The notes below the pieces were generated by a model that saw only the letters and a program-made list of their open reading frames with translations, had not been told where the DNA came from and searched no databases. A stretch of DNA of 24,607 nt from a virus (taxonomy: Duplodnaviria > Caudoviricetes). The stretch covers positions 1 to 24,607 of the IMG/VR virus record IMGVR_UViG_3300047274_000348, one strand, 5' to 3'. The translations under genes and the position numbers were made by a program. Positions 1-8,633 of the stretch are shown piece after piece; position 1 is the first letter of the stretch, and every line of letters begins with the position of its first letter.

Positions 1-2
1 AC

Positions 3-914
3 CCCATCAACCCCACCGAAGAGCAAATCCTCTCCTCGGCCGCCTGGGGCACCTCTGGCGCTGGCTATCTGACCCCTCAGAAGTCGACCGCCGACGAGCA
101 AATCATGACGATCCTGCACCGTGGCTTTGCCTACGCCGCAGACGATCTCAGCAAGCTCGGCTCGGGCGCCGACCCCCTGGCCCACGTCCGCAACCAGCTG
201 ACCGCCGCCATCAACAAGCTCAAGACCACCACCCTGAAGAACCAGCTCCTGGGTCTTTTCGGCGGCATCTCGGCTGCTGGTGTGATTGGCGCCAACCAAC
301 TGGACGCCTCCTACGCCGGCGTCCCCGGCTCGGTCACCGAGACCAACTACCTGAACGTGGCCAACATCGTCAAGGCCAAAGCCAAGCTCGGTGAGCGCGG
401 CGACGAGCTTGACGCCATCGCCATGCACTCGAACGTTGCCTTCTACCTGCAGCAAGTCGGGATGCTGACCTTCAGCACCTCGGCCCTGTCGGCAGCCGGC
501 TCGATCGTCTGGGGCGGCGGCGGTGTGGGCGTTACCCAACCCGAAGTTGCCACCTTCGCCGGTCTGCGCGTCGTCATCGACGACCAGCTGACCTACCTGA
601 CCGGCGGTACTGCCACCCACGCGGTTAAGTACCCCGTCTACCTGTTCAAGTCCGGCGTGATCTCCGAGGGCATCCAGCAGGACCTGCGCCTCGCCGCCGA
701 CCGCAACATCCTCTCCATGCAGGATGTCGTCGCAGTGGACTACCACTACGGCTACCACGTCACTGGCACCAAGTATTCCAACGCCACTGACAACCCGACC
801 AACGCCGCCCTTGCGACCACCGGCAACTGGGGCCTGGTCTACAGCACCACCAAGATGGTGCCCATCGTGCGCCTGCTGGTCAACACCCCGCTGGACACCT
901 CCGCTTACGCCTGA
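3..914 (+). CDS. Major capsid protein, 5' truncated by the window edge
   Basis: Frame is open from base 3 (PINPTEEQILSS...) into the 105..914 ORF. Capsid-like motifs (LGERGDELDAIAMHS, FAGLRVVIDD, ADRNIL..QD), very strong C-ending codon bias, followed by a terminator and head-tail genes. Confidence 0.85.
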   Translation, partial: PINPTEEQILSSAAWGTSGAGYLTPQKSTADEQIMTILHRGFAYAADDLSKLGSGADPLAHVRNQLTAAINKLKTTTLKNQLLGLFGGISAAGVIGANQLDASYAGVPGSVTETNYLNVANIVKAKAKLGERGDELDAIAMHSNVAFYLQQVGMLTFSTSALSAAGSIVWGGGGVGVTQPEVATFAGLRVVIDDQLTYLTGGTATHAVKYPVYLFKSGVISEGIQQDLRLAADRNILSMQDVVAVDYHYGYHVTGTKYSNATDNPTNAALATTGNWGLVYSTTKMVPIVRLLVNTPLDTSAYA

Positions 915-933
915 TCTCCAGGCACATAAGCAA

Positions 934-957
934 GGCCCCCAACCGGGGGCCTTTTTT
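934..957 (+). terminator. Rho-independent terminator after the capsid gene
   Basis: GGCCCCC-AACC-GGGGGCC stem-loop followed by TTTTTT, 20 nt after the stop; the convergent ORF ends at 962. Confidence 0.9.
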
Positions 958-961
958 CATG

Positions 962-1228
962 TCACTCGATCCCCAACCGCATCTTCTCCTGCCTCTCGAA
1001 CACCTGCACCGAATCAATCGCCATCTTGTACGACTGCAGGATGAGCTGGTTCACCAGCACATACGAGACCTCCAGCTTCTCGCAAATCTCTGGCACATTC
1101 GCGCCCTCCTCACGCATGGCACGAATCTCCTTAACGACATTCGCCCACTCCCGCGGCTTCTTTGCATCCACCGCCTTAGCCGAAGCCGCGCTTACGCTGG
1201 ACTCCGAGGTCACTTTCCGAGTAGTCAT
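962..1228 (-). CDS. Small protein, possible helix-turn-helix DNA-binding protein (88 aa)
   Basis: MTTRKV...; segment EIRAMREEGANVPEICEKLEVSYVLVNQLI fits an HTH pattern. Start placed at the ATG at 1228 rather than 1282; G-ending codons as in the other - strand genes. Confidence 0.6.
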   Translation of the reverse strand: MTTRKVTSESSVSAASAKAVDAKKPREWANVVKEIRAMREEGANVPEICEKLEVSYVLVNQLILQSYKMAIDSVQVFERQEKMRLGIE

Positions 1229-1421
1229 GAAACAGGTCCGTCTATTCGTACTACAGGATAACCGCAGACGGTTCATCGACATCCCCTACGGCCAGCACAC
1301 CGAACTCCAAGCCGAACTCGAAATGTCTGGAGCCGAGGTTTATCACGCCACCGTGCTAAGTCAACCCAAGAAACAAAGAAAACTCACAACCGAGGCTAGA
1401 CTCAGACAAAGACTGTACTGA
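1227..1421 (+). CDS. Hypothetical protein (64 aa, basic C-terminus)
   Basis: MKQVRLFVLQDNRRRFIDIPYG...RQRLY; internal ATG of the 1026..1421 ORF; ends 2 nt before the next gene. Confidence 0.55.
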   Translation: MKQVRLFVLQDNRRRFIDIPYGQHTELQAELEMSGAEVYHATVLSQPKKQRKLTTEARLRQRLY

Positions 1422-1423
1422 CC

Positions 1424-1954
1424 GTGCCTGCCGCCATCGACGCAACCTTGTCTGGCGCCAACGCCAACTCGTACGTGACGCTCGCGGCTGCCAACGCCTA
1501 CTTCGAGACGGTCCCCGACTCCTCCACCTGGACCAACAAGACCGACGACCAAAAGAACCGCTCTCTTATCTCCGCCACCCGCTGGATCGACGGCCTGAGC
1601 TTCTACGGCGACCGCTGCACCACCACGCAAGCCCTGAAGTGGCCCCGCGAGGACTACACGGTCGACGGCATCGACCTCGCCTGCACCCTGATCCCGGACC
1701 CGATTAAAACTGCCACCTACGAGCTGGCCCGGGCCCTCGCCAACGACACCGACGCCATCACCGGCACCACCGGCACCACAGGCATCTACGACGAAGTCGA
1801 ACTCGGCGACCTCCGCGTCAAATACAACAAAACTTCACAAACCAGCGGCCTCATCAACAACGTCTTCGACGTCTACCCCTGGCTCCAGTCCTACCTCGGC
1901 CCCTACTGCATGGGCGGGGCCGCCAACTACGCCGTCCGTCTATTCCGAGGCTGA
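1424..1954 (+). CDS. Head-tail adaptor (DnaT-like phage family)
   Basis: ANSYVTLAAANAYF, LISATRWID, QALKWPR, IPDPIKTATYELA motifs; position after the capsid gene. Confidence 0.8.
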   Translation: MPAAIDATLSGANANSYVTLAAANAYFETVPDSSTWTNKTDDQKNRSLISATRWIDGLSFYGDRCTTTQALKWPREDYTVDGIDLACTLIPDPIKTATYELARALANDTDAITGTTGTTGIYDEVELGDLRVKYNKTSQTSGLINNVFDVYPWLQSYLGPYCMGGAANYAVRLFRG

Positions 1955-1955
1955 C

Positions 1956-2333
1956 ATGGGCCTGATCGACGACACCTTCGCCTCCATCCCCCCATCCCTC
2001 ATCGCGGACTGGGGCCAATCCATCACGTTCATCAAAACCGCCACCCCCCGCACCTACGACCCCACCACGGGCAACATCACTGGAGCCGACACCAACGTCA
2101 CCGCCAAAGGCCTGATCTCACCCATCAGCTCCCGCGAATCCGAGGGCCTGTACCAGTCCACCGACATCAAAATCATCATGAGCGCCAGCGAGCTTGGCAC
2201 GTACTACCCCACCGAGGCAGACCGCATCCAGTACACCCAAGCCGGCGTCACCCGCGAGGCCAAAATCATCAACATCACCAGCTACCGCGGCGACTCCCCC
2301 ATCCTTCACACCATCATTGCGAGGCCCCAGTAA
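1956..2333 (+). CDS. Head-closure / head-tail joining protein
   Basis: 125 aa beta-rich protein with WGQSITF..YDPTTG; synteny. Confidence 0.65.
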   Translation: MGLIDDTFASIPPSLIADWGQSITFIKTATPRTYDPTTGNITGADTNVTAKGLISPISSRESEGLYQSTDIKIIMSASELGTYYPTEADRIQYTQAGVTREAKIINITSYRGDSPILHTIIARPQ

Positions 2334-2926
2334 TGGCACGCAAGGGTTTTTGGAAAGGTGGTCTCAATATCCTGCAAGAGCTGGATCGCGTAGCCGCCAC
2401 TACGGTCTACAACGGCCCAAAACGCGTCGCCGAACGCCTCGTCCGTGAACTCCAGCAGGCCGGCCCCAACTGGAGCGGCCAGTTCTCCAACTCTTGGCAA
2501 ATCCAAACCCCGACCATCCTCAAAAAAGGCACCGGCCAGCCCGGCGAACCCGTATCCATAACCACTCCGGTCTTGACCGGCCTTCAAGTAACAAAAAGTT
2601 TCCTGACCAAAAACAGCGTCGTCTTCACAATCTCGAACTTCGCACCTCATGCCCTGGAAGCGATTGACGCCGTCCAACACGACCGCCAGTACTACGCCCG
2701 TCGTCTAACCCCAATCCCCACTACAGCCATCGGCCGCAAGAAACACGAACTGAGCGGCCCCCGCGCCCAAGTTTCTTACCGTGGCGCCATCGGAGGCGGC
2801 GGTTCTGGCGACAGCAACTCCAGTCGCACAGCCCCGCTCGACTGGTTCGCCACCTTTGCCAGCTCACAAATCGACCGCGCCGTAAAACTTGAGATGGACT
2901 CCGCCCTCAACAACCGCTTCACATGA
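2333..2926 (+). CDS. Neck / tail completion protein (HK97 gp10-like)
   Basis: GPNWSGQFSNSW motif and later ISNFAPHA; TAATG coupling to the upstream gene; synteny. Confidence 0.6.
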   Translation: MARKGFWKGGLNILQELDRVAATTVYNGPKRVAERLVRELQQAGPNWSGQFSNSWQIQTPTILKKGTGQPGEPVSITTPVLTGLQVTKSFLTKNSVVFTISNFAPHALEAIDAVQHDRQYYARRLTPIPTTAIGRKKHELSGPRAQVSYRGAIGGGGSGDSNSSRTAPLDWFATFASSQIDRAVKLEMDSALNNRFT

Positions 2927-3354
2927 ACTACCAAGCCATCCGCGCCGCGGTCGAAAACCCACTCCTAACCGCGTTCAGCGCACTGGTGCCCCCAGTCCCT
3001 GTCTACTTTGACAACATCACCGCCGCCCCCGCCAACACCACAACCGAACATGTAAAAGTCAACGTCACCTTCGGGCTAACCAACGAACCCATGCTCGTGG
3101 GCAGCATGGACAACGCCCGTGGCGCTGTTGTCATCCGCATCTTCACCGAAAAAGGCAAAGGTCCCGCCCGCAATCAAACGCTTATCACCACCGCAGTAAA
3201 CGCCCTCGAAACAATCAATAACACCGCAAAGCCTTCAACAGGCGTCTACTTCCGCGTCGGTGAGATAAACGGCCCCGCATTTTCCGCCACTGAAGATTCT
3301 CCTCTTTTCATGGGAAGAATCGACACCAGCTACGTCGCCACAGTTCTTTCCTAG
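2923..3354 (+). CDS. Tail terminator protein
   Basis: MNYQAIRAAVE, VYFDN, GAVVIRIFTEKGKG; immediately precedes the tail tube gene; ATGA overlap. Confidence 0.7.
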   Translation: MNYQAIRAAVENPLLTAFSALVPPVPVYFDNITAAPANTTTEHVKVNVTFGLTNEPMLVGSMDNARGAVVIRIFTEKGKGPARNQTLITTAVNALETINNTAKPSTGVYFRVGEINGPAFSATEDSPLFMGRIDTSYVATVLS

Positions 3355-3360
3355 AAACAC

Positions 3361-3402
3361 AGTACAGAAGACGCTAATCTGTACTAAGCCGGGCAGTGCC
3401 CG
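3361..3402. repeat. Two inverted repeats in the leader of the major tail gene
   Basis: AGTACAGA(3361-3368)/TCTGTACT(3378-3385) and CGGGCA-G-TGCCCG (3390-3402). Confidence 0.6.
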
Positions 3403-3432
3403 CCCCCACCACGACATTTACTGGTACGCCCC

Positions 3433-4203
3433 ATGGCCACCACCGTCCTGTCCGGCACGTCCGGCGCCCTCTACTACAAGCCCGCTGGAACCACCGGATC
3501 GTTCGGTGAATCCAACGTAACCACCGCCACCGACACCATCACAGTTCAGACTTTCCTGAACTTCAAGGTTGGCGACCCCGTTGTCTTCAGCGTGATCAAC
3601 AGCCAGACCGGGGGCTCCGGTAGCGGCACCCTCCCCGCCGGCCTCAGCGCTGCCACCACCTACTACGTCATCTCGTACACCGCCTCCACCGGTGCTCTGC
3701 AGGTCTCCGCAACTGCAGGTGGCGCCGCCGTCGACATCACCGACGATGGCACGGCCGTTGCCCCCAACGAGTTCCAGGTCGAGTACGCCGCTTTCGCCGT
3801 CGTCGGCCAAGTCCGCGACTGGAGTTTTGAAATCAGCCGCCAGGAAATCGACGTCACCACGATCGGCCAAACCCCCGGTCAATACGTCCCCTTCCGCAGC
3901 TACATCAGCGGCTTCGGCGACGGCACCGGCACCGCCACGGTCTACATGACCAACGAGGACGCCGCCCTGTCCAACCGCATGATCCAGGACGTGCTGCAGC
4001 GCCAGCAAACCGGCGCCGCCTTCAAGCTCTACACCGACCGCGTCTTCAGCGGCGGCACCCTGAGCGAAACCCTCAGCCGCTCGATCTCCTTCGACGCCGT
4101 GCTGACCTCGGCCAGCCTCAACATCAACCCCGACGACGCCCAATCGGTGACCGTCAACTTCCGCCCCGCCGGCACCCCCACCTTCGACTTCGCCCAGTCC
4201 TGA
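3433..4203 (+). CDS. Major tail tube protein with an inserted beta domain
   Basis: VGQVRDWSFEISRQEIDVTT..FRSYISG..GTGTATVY tube motif; extreme codon bias; followed by a terminator and chaperone genes. Confidence 0.85.
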   Translation: MATTVLSGTSGALYYKPAGTTGSFGESNVTTATDTITVQTFLNFKVGDPVVFSVINSQTGGSGSGTLPAGLSAATTYYVISYTASTGALQVSATAGGAAVDITDDGTAVAPNEFQVEYAAFAVVGQVRDWSFEISRQEIDVTTIGQTPGQYVPFRSYISGFGDGTGTATVYMTNEDAALSNRMIQDVLQRQQTGAAFKLYTDRVFSGGTLSETLSRSISFDAVLTSASLNINPDDAQSVTVNFRPAGTPTFDFAQS

Positions 4204-4226
4204 TCCACCACCTGGAACACCCCACG

Positions 4227-4249
4227 GCCCCGGGAAACCGGGGCTTTTT
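4227..4249 (+). terminator. Rho-independent terminator
   Basis: GCCCCGG-GAAA-CCGGGGC followed by TTTTT. Confidence 0.9.
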
Positions 4250-4292
4250 CGTGTCTATTGCGCTACAGTAAAAACATCCAACAGTCGCTTTT

Positions 4293-4634
4293 ATGCCTGT
4301 TCCAGTCCGCGCTATCGACCGCCTCCGCAAGGCCGCCAACCTTGAGCCCGTCAAAAAGTCCGTCGAACTCAGCGACGGCAGCACCTTCGAGATGTGGGTC
4401 ACCCCGCTGACCATGGCCGAGCGCGAACGTGCCCAAAAGCAGGCCAAGTCCGACGACGCCACCGCCTTCGCCCTCCAGCTTTTGATCACCAAAGCTCTCG
4501 ATAACTCGGGCACCAAGCTCTTCAGCCCGGGCGAGATCGACGTCCTCAAAAACGAGGTCAAGGACAAGGACCTCCAAGCCCTGATGCTGGCCATCATCAC
4601 CGACGACGCCGAGCCCATCGACCCAAAGAACTAA
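4293..4634 (+). CDS. Tail assembly chaperone (lambda gpG analogue)
   Basis: 113 aa ORF between the tail tube and tape measure genes, ending in slippery C CCA AAG. Confidence 0.8.
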   Translation: MPVPVRAIDRLRKAANLEPVKKSVELSDGSTFEMWVTPLTMAERERAQKQAKSDDATAFALQLLITKALDNSGTKLFSPGEIDVLKNEVKDKDLQALMLAIITDDAEPIDPKN

Positions 4635-4819
4635 GCACCGAACTCCGCAAGGACAACTGGCTCATGCTCCAGTTCGGAGTCGCCAAAGAGCTAGGCATGT
4701 CCCTCAGCGCAGTCCGGGCCACCATGACCGCCGAAGAACTGATCGGCTGGAGCGCCTACTTCCAGATCCTCAACGAGGACCAGCAAAAAGAGCTGGAAAA
4801 GGCCAAACGCCGCCGCTAA
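4622..4819 (+). CDS. -1 frame extension of the tail chaperone (gpGT analogue, fusion about 175 aa)
   Basis: Heptamer CCCAAAG at 4622-4628; the -1 frame reads ELSTELRKDNWLMLQFGVAKELGMSLSAVRATMTAEELIGWSAYF...RRR* to TAA 4817-4819. Absent from the ORF track. Confidence 0.8.
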   Translation, partial: PKELSTELRKDNWLMLQFGVAKELGMSLSAVRATMTAEELIGWSAYFQILNEDQQKELEKAKRRR

Positions 4820-4835
4820 CCCCGGCGGCCTTTTT
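4809..4835 (+). terminator. Probable terminator overlapping the GT stop codon
   Basis: GCCGCCG(4809-4815)/CGGCGGC(4823-4829) stem with TAA in the loop, then CTTTTT. Confidence 0.65.
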
Positions 4836-4873
4836 GTCGCGTAAACTGAAGTACCAGTCCACACGCCAACGCC

Positions 4874-7765
4874 GTGGCCTACAGAGCAGAAATCGAAATC
4901 GGCGTAAGGGGTACGGAAAAACTCCGCGATCTTCGAAACACTATCGAAGACCTAAGCAAGCGTATAAATAGACTAGACGACCTAGCCAATACTTTTAACG
5001 CACCAATACAAAGCGTAGCTAATTACACAAAAGCCGTAAATCAAGCTGCTGCTGCACTAAATAAAGCTGAACTTGGCTCACGAGACGAAACCGATGCTAT
5101 AAAAGCCCTTGCTCAAGCAATGGGCGAAGAAAACACAGTACGTCAACGCCGATTGTTTTTACTAGATACAGAGATAAAAAAACGTCAGGGATTACTACGG
5201 GCTGCTCCAGTGTCCGGCACCGTTGAACTAGGCCCCGGTGGCCCAGGTTTCAGCGGTGGTTTTTCTGCTAGTCAACGCCAGCAAGCAAACGAACAAGCTA
5301 TTTTACGCATCCGTCAAGAAGAAAATAAAATACGCAGGCAAAGTCTAGATATTGCTTCAAGAGAAGAACTATTTGAACTGCGTTTAGGGAAAATTTTAGA
5401 TAGAAATGCAAATGCTCTCAAACAACGAGAAAAAACAAGAGAAGCTACAAGTAACGCCATTATTGGTGGCGCCTTTCCGCTGCTTTTCGGTCAAGGCTTA
5501 GGCGCGTCTATCGGCGGCGGTGCTGGTGGTTTTGCCGGCGGTATGGCCGGCGGCCAATTTGGTTTTGGTTTGTCCCTTGTCGGCACAGCCCTAGGAAGTG
5601 TATTTGACCAAGCTATACAGTCTGCTAAAGACTTTTCTGTTTCTTTACGTGAAGGCGGCGACGCCGCAGGCTATCTCGAACAACAACTTGGGTATCTAGA
5701 CCCATCCATCAAAAAACAAATCCAGAATCTACAAGCATCCGGGCAAACAGCTAAGGCCGCGGAAGTAGCATTTAATGAGCTTGCTAGGCAAGTAGGGGTC
5801 GAAAATGCCACAGCGTTTAAGCAACTGGGCGATAACACATTTGTATTTACAACAGGTTTCCAACGACTCGTAACAACAATTATTGCTGGCGCGGCCCGTA
5901 TTGATGATGCACTGAAACCCATACGCGACCAGCGTTTGCTCCAAGGTCTAATCAGTGCGGTACCTGGAGTAAATGCTGCTACTTTAGTAAGGGGAGCAAC
6001 AGACTTTATCAGCGGTTTCGGTCAACAACCGGGCGCAGGCAACGATGCACAAACAAGCGCCGCAAGAGAAAGAACAGCCGAACTTACTAAAAGTAACGAT
6101 TTACTGCGCTTGCAGGTCCAACTAACTGCAGTAAACGCAAAAACAGACCTGGATCGCTACGTTACACTACAAAGACAAACAGCCCAAAAAGAATACGAAA
6201 ACGAACTAACAAAAATTAGTCTTCAGCTGAAAAAAGGCGAAGTAGACCTGGCGCAGAATGAACAACTCATACGAGCAGCAAACTTAAACCTGTCGATAAA
6301 ATTAGGTGAAATAGAACGCACCCGCACACAAGAATTGACCCGGCGAGCAGAAGAAGCACGCCAAGCCGCCGAACAAGCTGCCCAAAAAGAAATTCAAGCA
6401 AGAATTCAAATACTAAATTTACAGAGCCAAGTCCTTTCTGTGTTCGTCGAGCAAACACAAGCTCAGATTGCACGGGAAACTTTCCTTAAAGGCGAACTAG
6501 GCGGCCTCGAAGCCCAGCTCCAAGCACAAGACAAAATTGCTTTTGCGAAGGAGACAGCCCTGGAACGCGATCGCCAAGCTGCTTTGCTGGGCACAAAAAA
6601 TGCAGAAGAACAGAATCTAATCAATGCCGCGTACGCAAGACGTCTCAACCTGCTACAACAACAAAATGACTTGGAAGCAGCCCAGGCTGAACGTCGTAAA
6701 AATAGACTAAAACTCGAAGAGGAGTTAGCGGCTACCCAAAGACAACAAGACATCGAAGATAGTGTTGCATCTGTACGGCAGCAACAGCAAAAAGTATCTT
6801 TCGACATTGCTGGATTTACCAGCCCTGCCGATTTACTGCAACAAGAAAAACAGCTATTCGAACAACGCATACGCGCAAGAGAAACTCTTTTGCCACTAGA
6901 AAGAGAAATAACAAAACTTACCAAAGACATAAATTCTAGTTCTTTGGACGCAAACGCATTAAAAGCCAAACAAAATGACTTGGCTGCGCAGCAAGCAAAG
7001 CTCGTCCTTATGCAGCAAGAGCTTGGGCTGCTGGACCAACTGGAGCACCGGCAACTCCGCCTGCAACAATTCTTCGAGCGCTACGGCCAACTCATCCAAA
7101 CAGCCAGCGGAGAGATCGCCAACGCCGTTACTTTCGGCGTAGCAGAGATGGTACGCGGCACCAAGACAGCCGAACAGGTATTTGCCGACTTCCTAAACGC
7201 GATCGGCAACGCCCTGATCAGCGCTGCCCAACAGATGATCGCCACCTACATCGCAATCGGCATCGCCAAAATGTTCGCCGGCCTCAGCGGAGGTGGTAGC
7301 GCTAACACCGGCACATCTGTAGGCGGTTTGCCTGGCTCCAGTCTCCAAGGCGGTTTTGCTAATCCACTTGTTGGTCAGTATTCAACGCCACTTGCATTTG
7401 CCGACGGCGGCTTCGTTACAGGTCCTACCAACGCCGTGGTTGGCGAAGGCGGTGAATCCGAATACATCATCCCCGCCAGCAAGATGCGCTCCGCCATGAG
7501 CCGGTATGCTGCTGGCGCACGCGGCTCTGCAGTCATCCCGGCTGGCGACGACACCAGCAGCGGCGGCACCGCCACAATGGCACCAGCCGCCATCGACGTG
7601 CGCTACACCGTGGAACGCATCAACTCCGTTGATTACGTCACCGCCGACCAGTTCCGCGCTGGCATGGCCCAAGCCGCCCAGCAAGGCGCCACGCAAGGCG
7701 AACAGCGCACCCTTCGCCGCCTGCAGCAGTCCCGCGCCACTCGTAGCCGCCTCGGCATGAACTGA
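4874..7765 (+). CDS. Tail tape measure protein
   Basis: 963 aa, Ala/Gln/Leu-rich coiled coil, Gly-rich hydrophobic stretch (IIGGAFPLLFGQG), C-terminal FADGGFVTGPT..VGEGGESEYIIP motif. Confidence 0.92.
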   Translation: MAYRAEIEIGVRGTEKLRDLRNTIEDLSKRINRLDDLANTFNAPIQSVANYTKAVNQAAAALNKAELGSRDETDAIKALAQAMGEENTVRQRRLFLLDTEIKKRQGLLRAAPVSGTVELGPGGPGFSGGFSASQRQQANEQAILRIRQEENKIRRQSLDIASREELFELRLGKILDRNANALKQREKTREATSNAIIGGAFPLLFGQGLGASIGGGAGGFAGGMAGGQFGFGLSLVGTALGSVFDQAIQSAKDFSVSLREGGDAAGYLEQQLGYLDPSIKKQIQNLQASGQTAKAAEVAFNELARQVGVENATAFKQLGDNTFVFTTGFQRLVTTIIAGAARIDDALKPIRDQRLLQGLISAVPGVNAATLVRGATDFISGFGQQPGAGNDAQTSAARERTAELTKSNDLLRLQVQLTAVNAKTDLDRYVTLQRQTAQKEYENELTKISLQLKKGEVDLAQNEQLIRAANLNLSIKLGEIERTRTQELTRRAEEARQAAEQAAQKEIQARIQILNLQSQVLSVFVEQTQAQIARETFLKGELGGLEAQLQAQDKIAFAKETALERDRQAALLGTKNAEEQNLINAAYARRLNLLQQQNDLEAAQAERRKNRLKLEEELAATQRQQDIEDSVASVRQQQQKVSFDIAGFTSPADLLQQEKQLFEQRIRARETLLPLEREITKLTKDINSSSLDANALKAKQNDLAAQQAKLVLMQQELGLLDQLEHRQLRLQQFFERYGQLIQTASGEIANAVTFGVAEMVRGTKTAEQVFADFLNAIGNALISAAQQMIATYIAIGIAKMFAGLSGGGSANTGTSVGGLPGSSLQGGFANPLVGQYSTPLAFADGGFVTGPTNAVVGEGGESEYIIPASKMRSAMSRYAAGARGSAVIPAGDDTSSGGTATMAPAAIDVRYTVERINSVDYVTADQFRAGMAQAAQQGATQGEQRTLRRLQQSRATRSRLGMN

Positions 7766-8253
7766 TGGACACCAGCTTCAAGACCGAAATAGCCCTAGGT
7801 CACATGCTGACCGCCAAGCCTCGCACGGCTGGCGCCGCCCCGCTTTACTTCCAGAACTTCTGGATCAACGAAAACGTCGCCTACAACGGCAACACCCACG
7901 GCTTCCTGCCGTTTGGCTTCTCTGGCGTAACGGTCAATCGCAGCGGCGACAACCAGTCCACGCAGCTCGCCCTGCCCAACAACTCCCTCAGTCGTAGCTG
8001 GGCCTCCACGTTGGTCGATGGCAGTTGGGTGGTGCTGGTGGACATGCTGATGCTCAACCCCGACAACAAGGCCGACTACCGCGTGCTCAGCTCTTACGCA
8101 GGTCAAGTAGCTGGCGCCATCTGGAGCGACGCCGAACTCCGCTTGGAGATCTCTTCAGTCCTTGACGCAGTTGGTGGTGACGTGCCGAGACGCCGCATCA
8201 CTGAAGACGTGTTTGGCCCGCTGCCCACCACTGCACAGGTCCGCCTGAGCTGA
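7765..8253 (+). CDS. Minor tail protein (lambda gpL-like position)
   Basis: FLPFGFSG, LRLEISSVLDAV..DVPRR; TGATG-coupled to the tape measure gene. Confidence 0.6.
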   Translation: MDTSFKTEIALGHMLTAKPRTAGAAPLYFQNFWINENVAYNGNTHGFLPFGFSGVTVNRSGDNQSTQLALPNNSLSRSWASTLVDGSWVVLVDMLMLNPDNKADYRVLSSYAGQVAGAIWSDAELRLEISSVLDAVGGDVPRRRITEDVFGPLPTTAQVRLS

Positions 8254-8633
8254 TGTACGACCTGATCGGTCGCCCCTACCGCCTCGGCGCAGACGGCACC
8301 GACCCTGATGGCGCCATCGACTGCATCCACCTCGTCTACACAGCCCTCGACCGCCTCGGCATCGCCACCCCCGATTTCGACCCCTGCTGGTACGACGCCC
8401 CGCCTCGTCAAATCCTCAAGGCTATCCACGACTGGGGACGCCGCGTGCTAGATCCTTTGTATGATGGAGACGTGGTTCTCCTACCACACAAGAATTACGC
8501 TTTCGGGACAGTTTGGCAGGACGGCATCCTCTACATAACAGCCAGTCTGCAAGCGGCCACCTGGCACCCGCTTACGGCGTTTCCTGCACTCCGCTGCTAC
8601 CGCAGCAACTGCTCCCCTACGAGCGCCAACTAG
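8253..8633 (+). CDS. NlpC/P60-like tail protein (gpK-like)
   Basis: LIGRPYRLGADG...IDCIHLV N-terminal signature and DGDVVLL. Confidence 0.7.
   Translation: MYDLIGRPYRLGADGTDPDGAIDCIHLVYTALDRLGIATPDFDPCWYDAPPRQILKAIHDWGRRVLDPLYDGDVVLLPHKNYAFGTVWQDGILYITASLQAATWHPLTAFPALRCYRSNCSPTSAN

Noticed and set aside
1026-1226. N-terminal extension of ORF 1026..1421
   Set aside because: Antisense to the HTH-like ORF and not protein-like; the ATG at 1227 is preferred.
1755-1785. CACCGGCAC tandem repeat
   Set aside because: Encodes TGTTGTTG in frame; ordinary low-complexity coding sequence.
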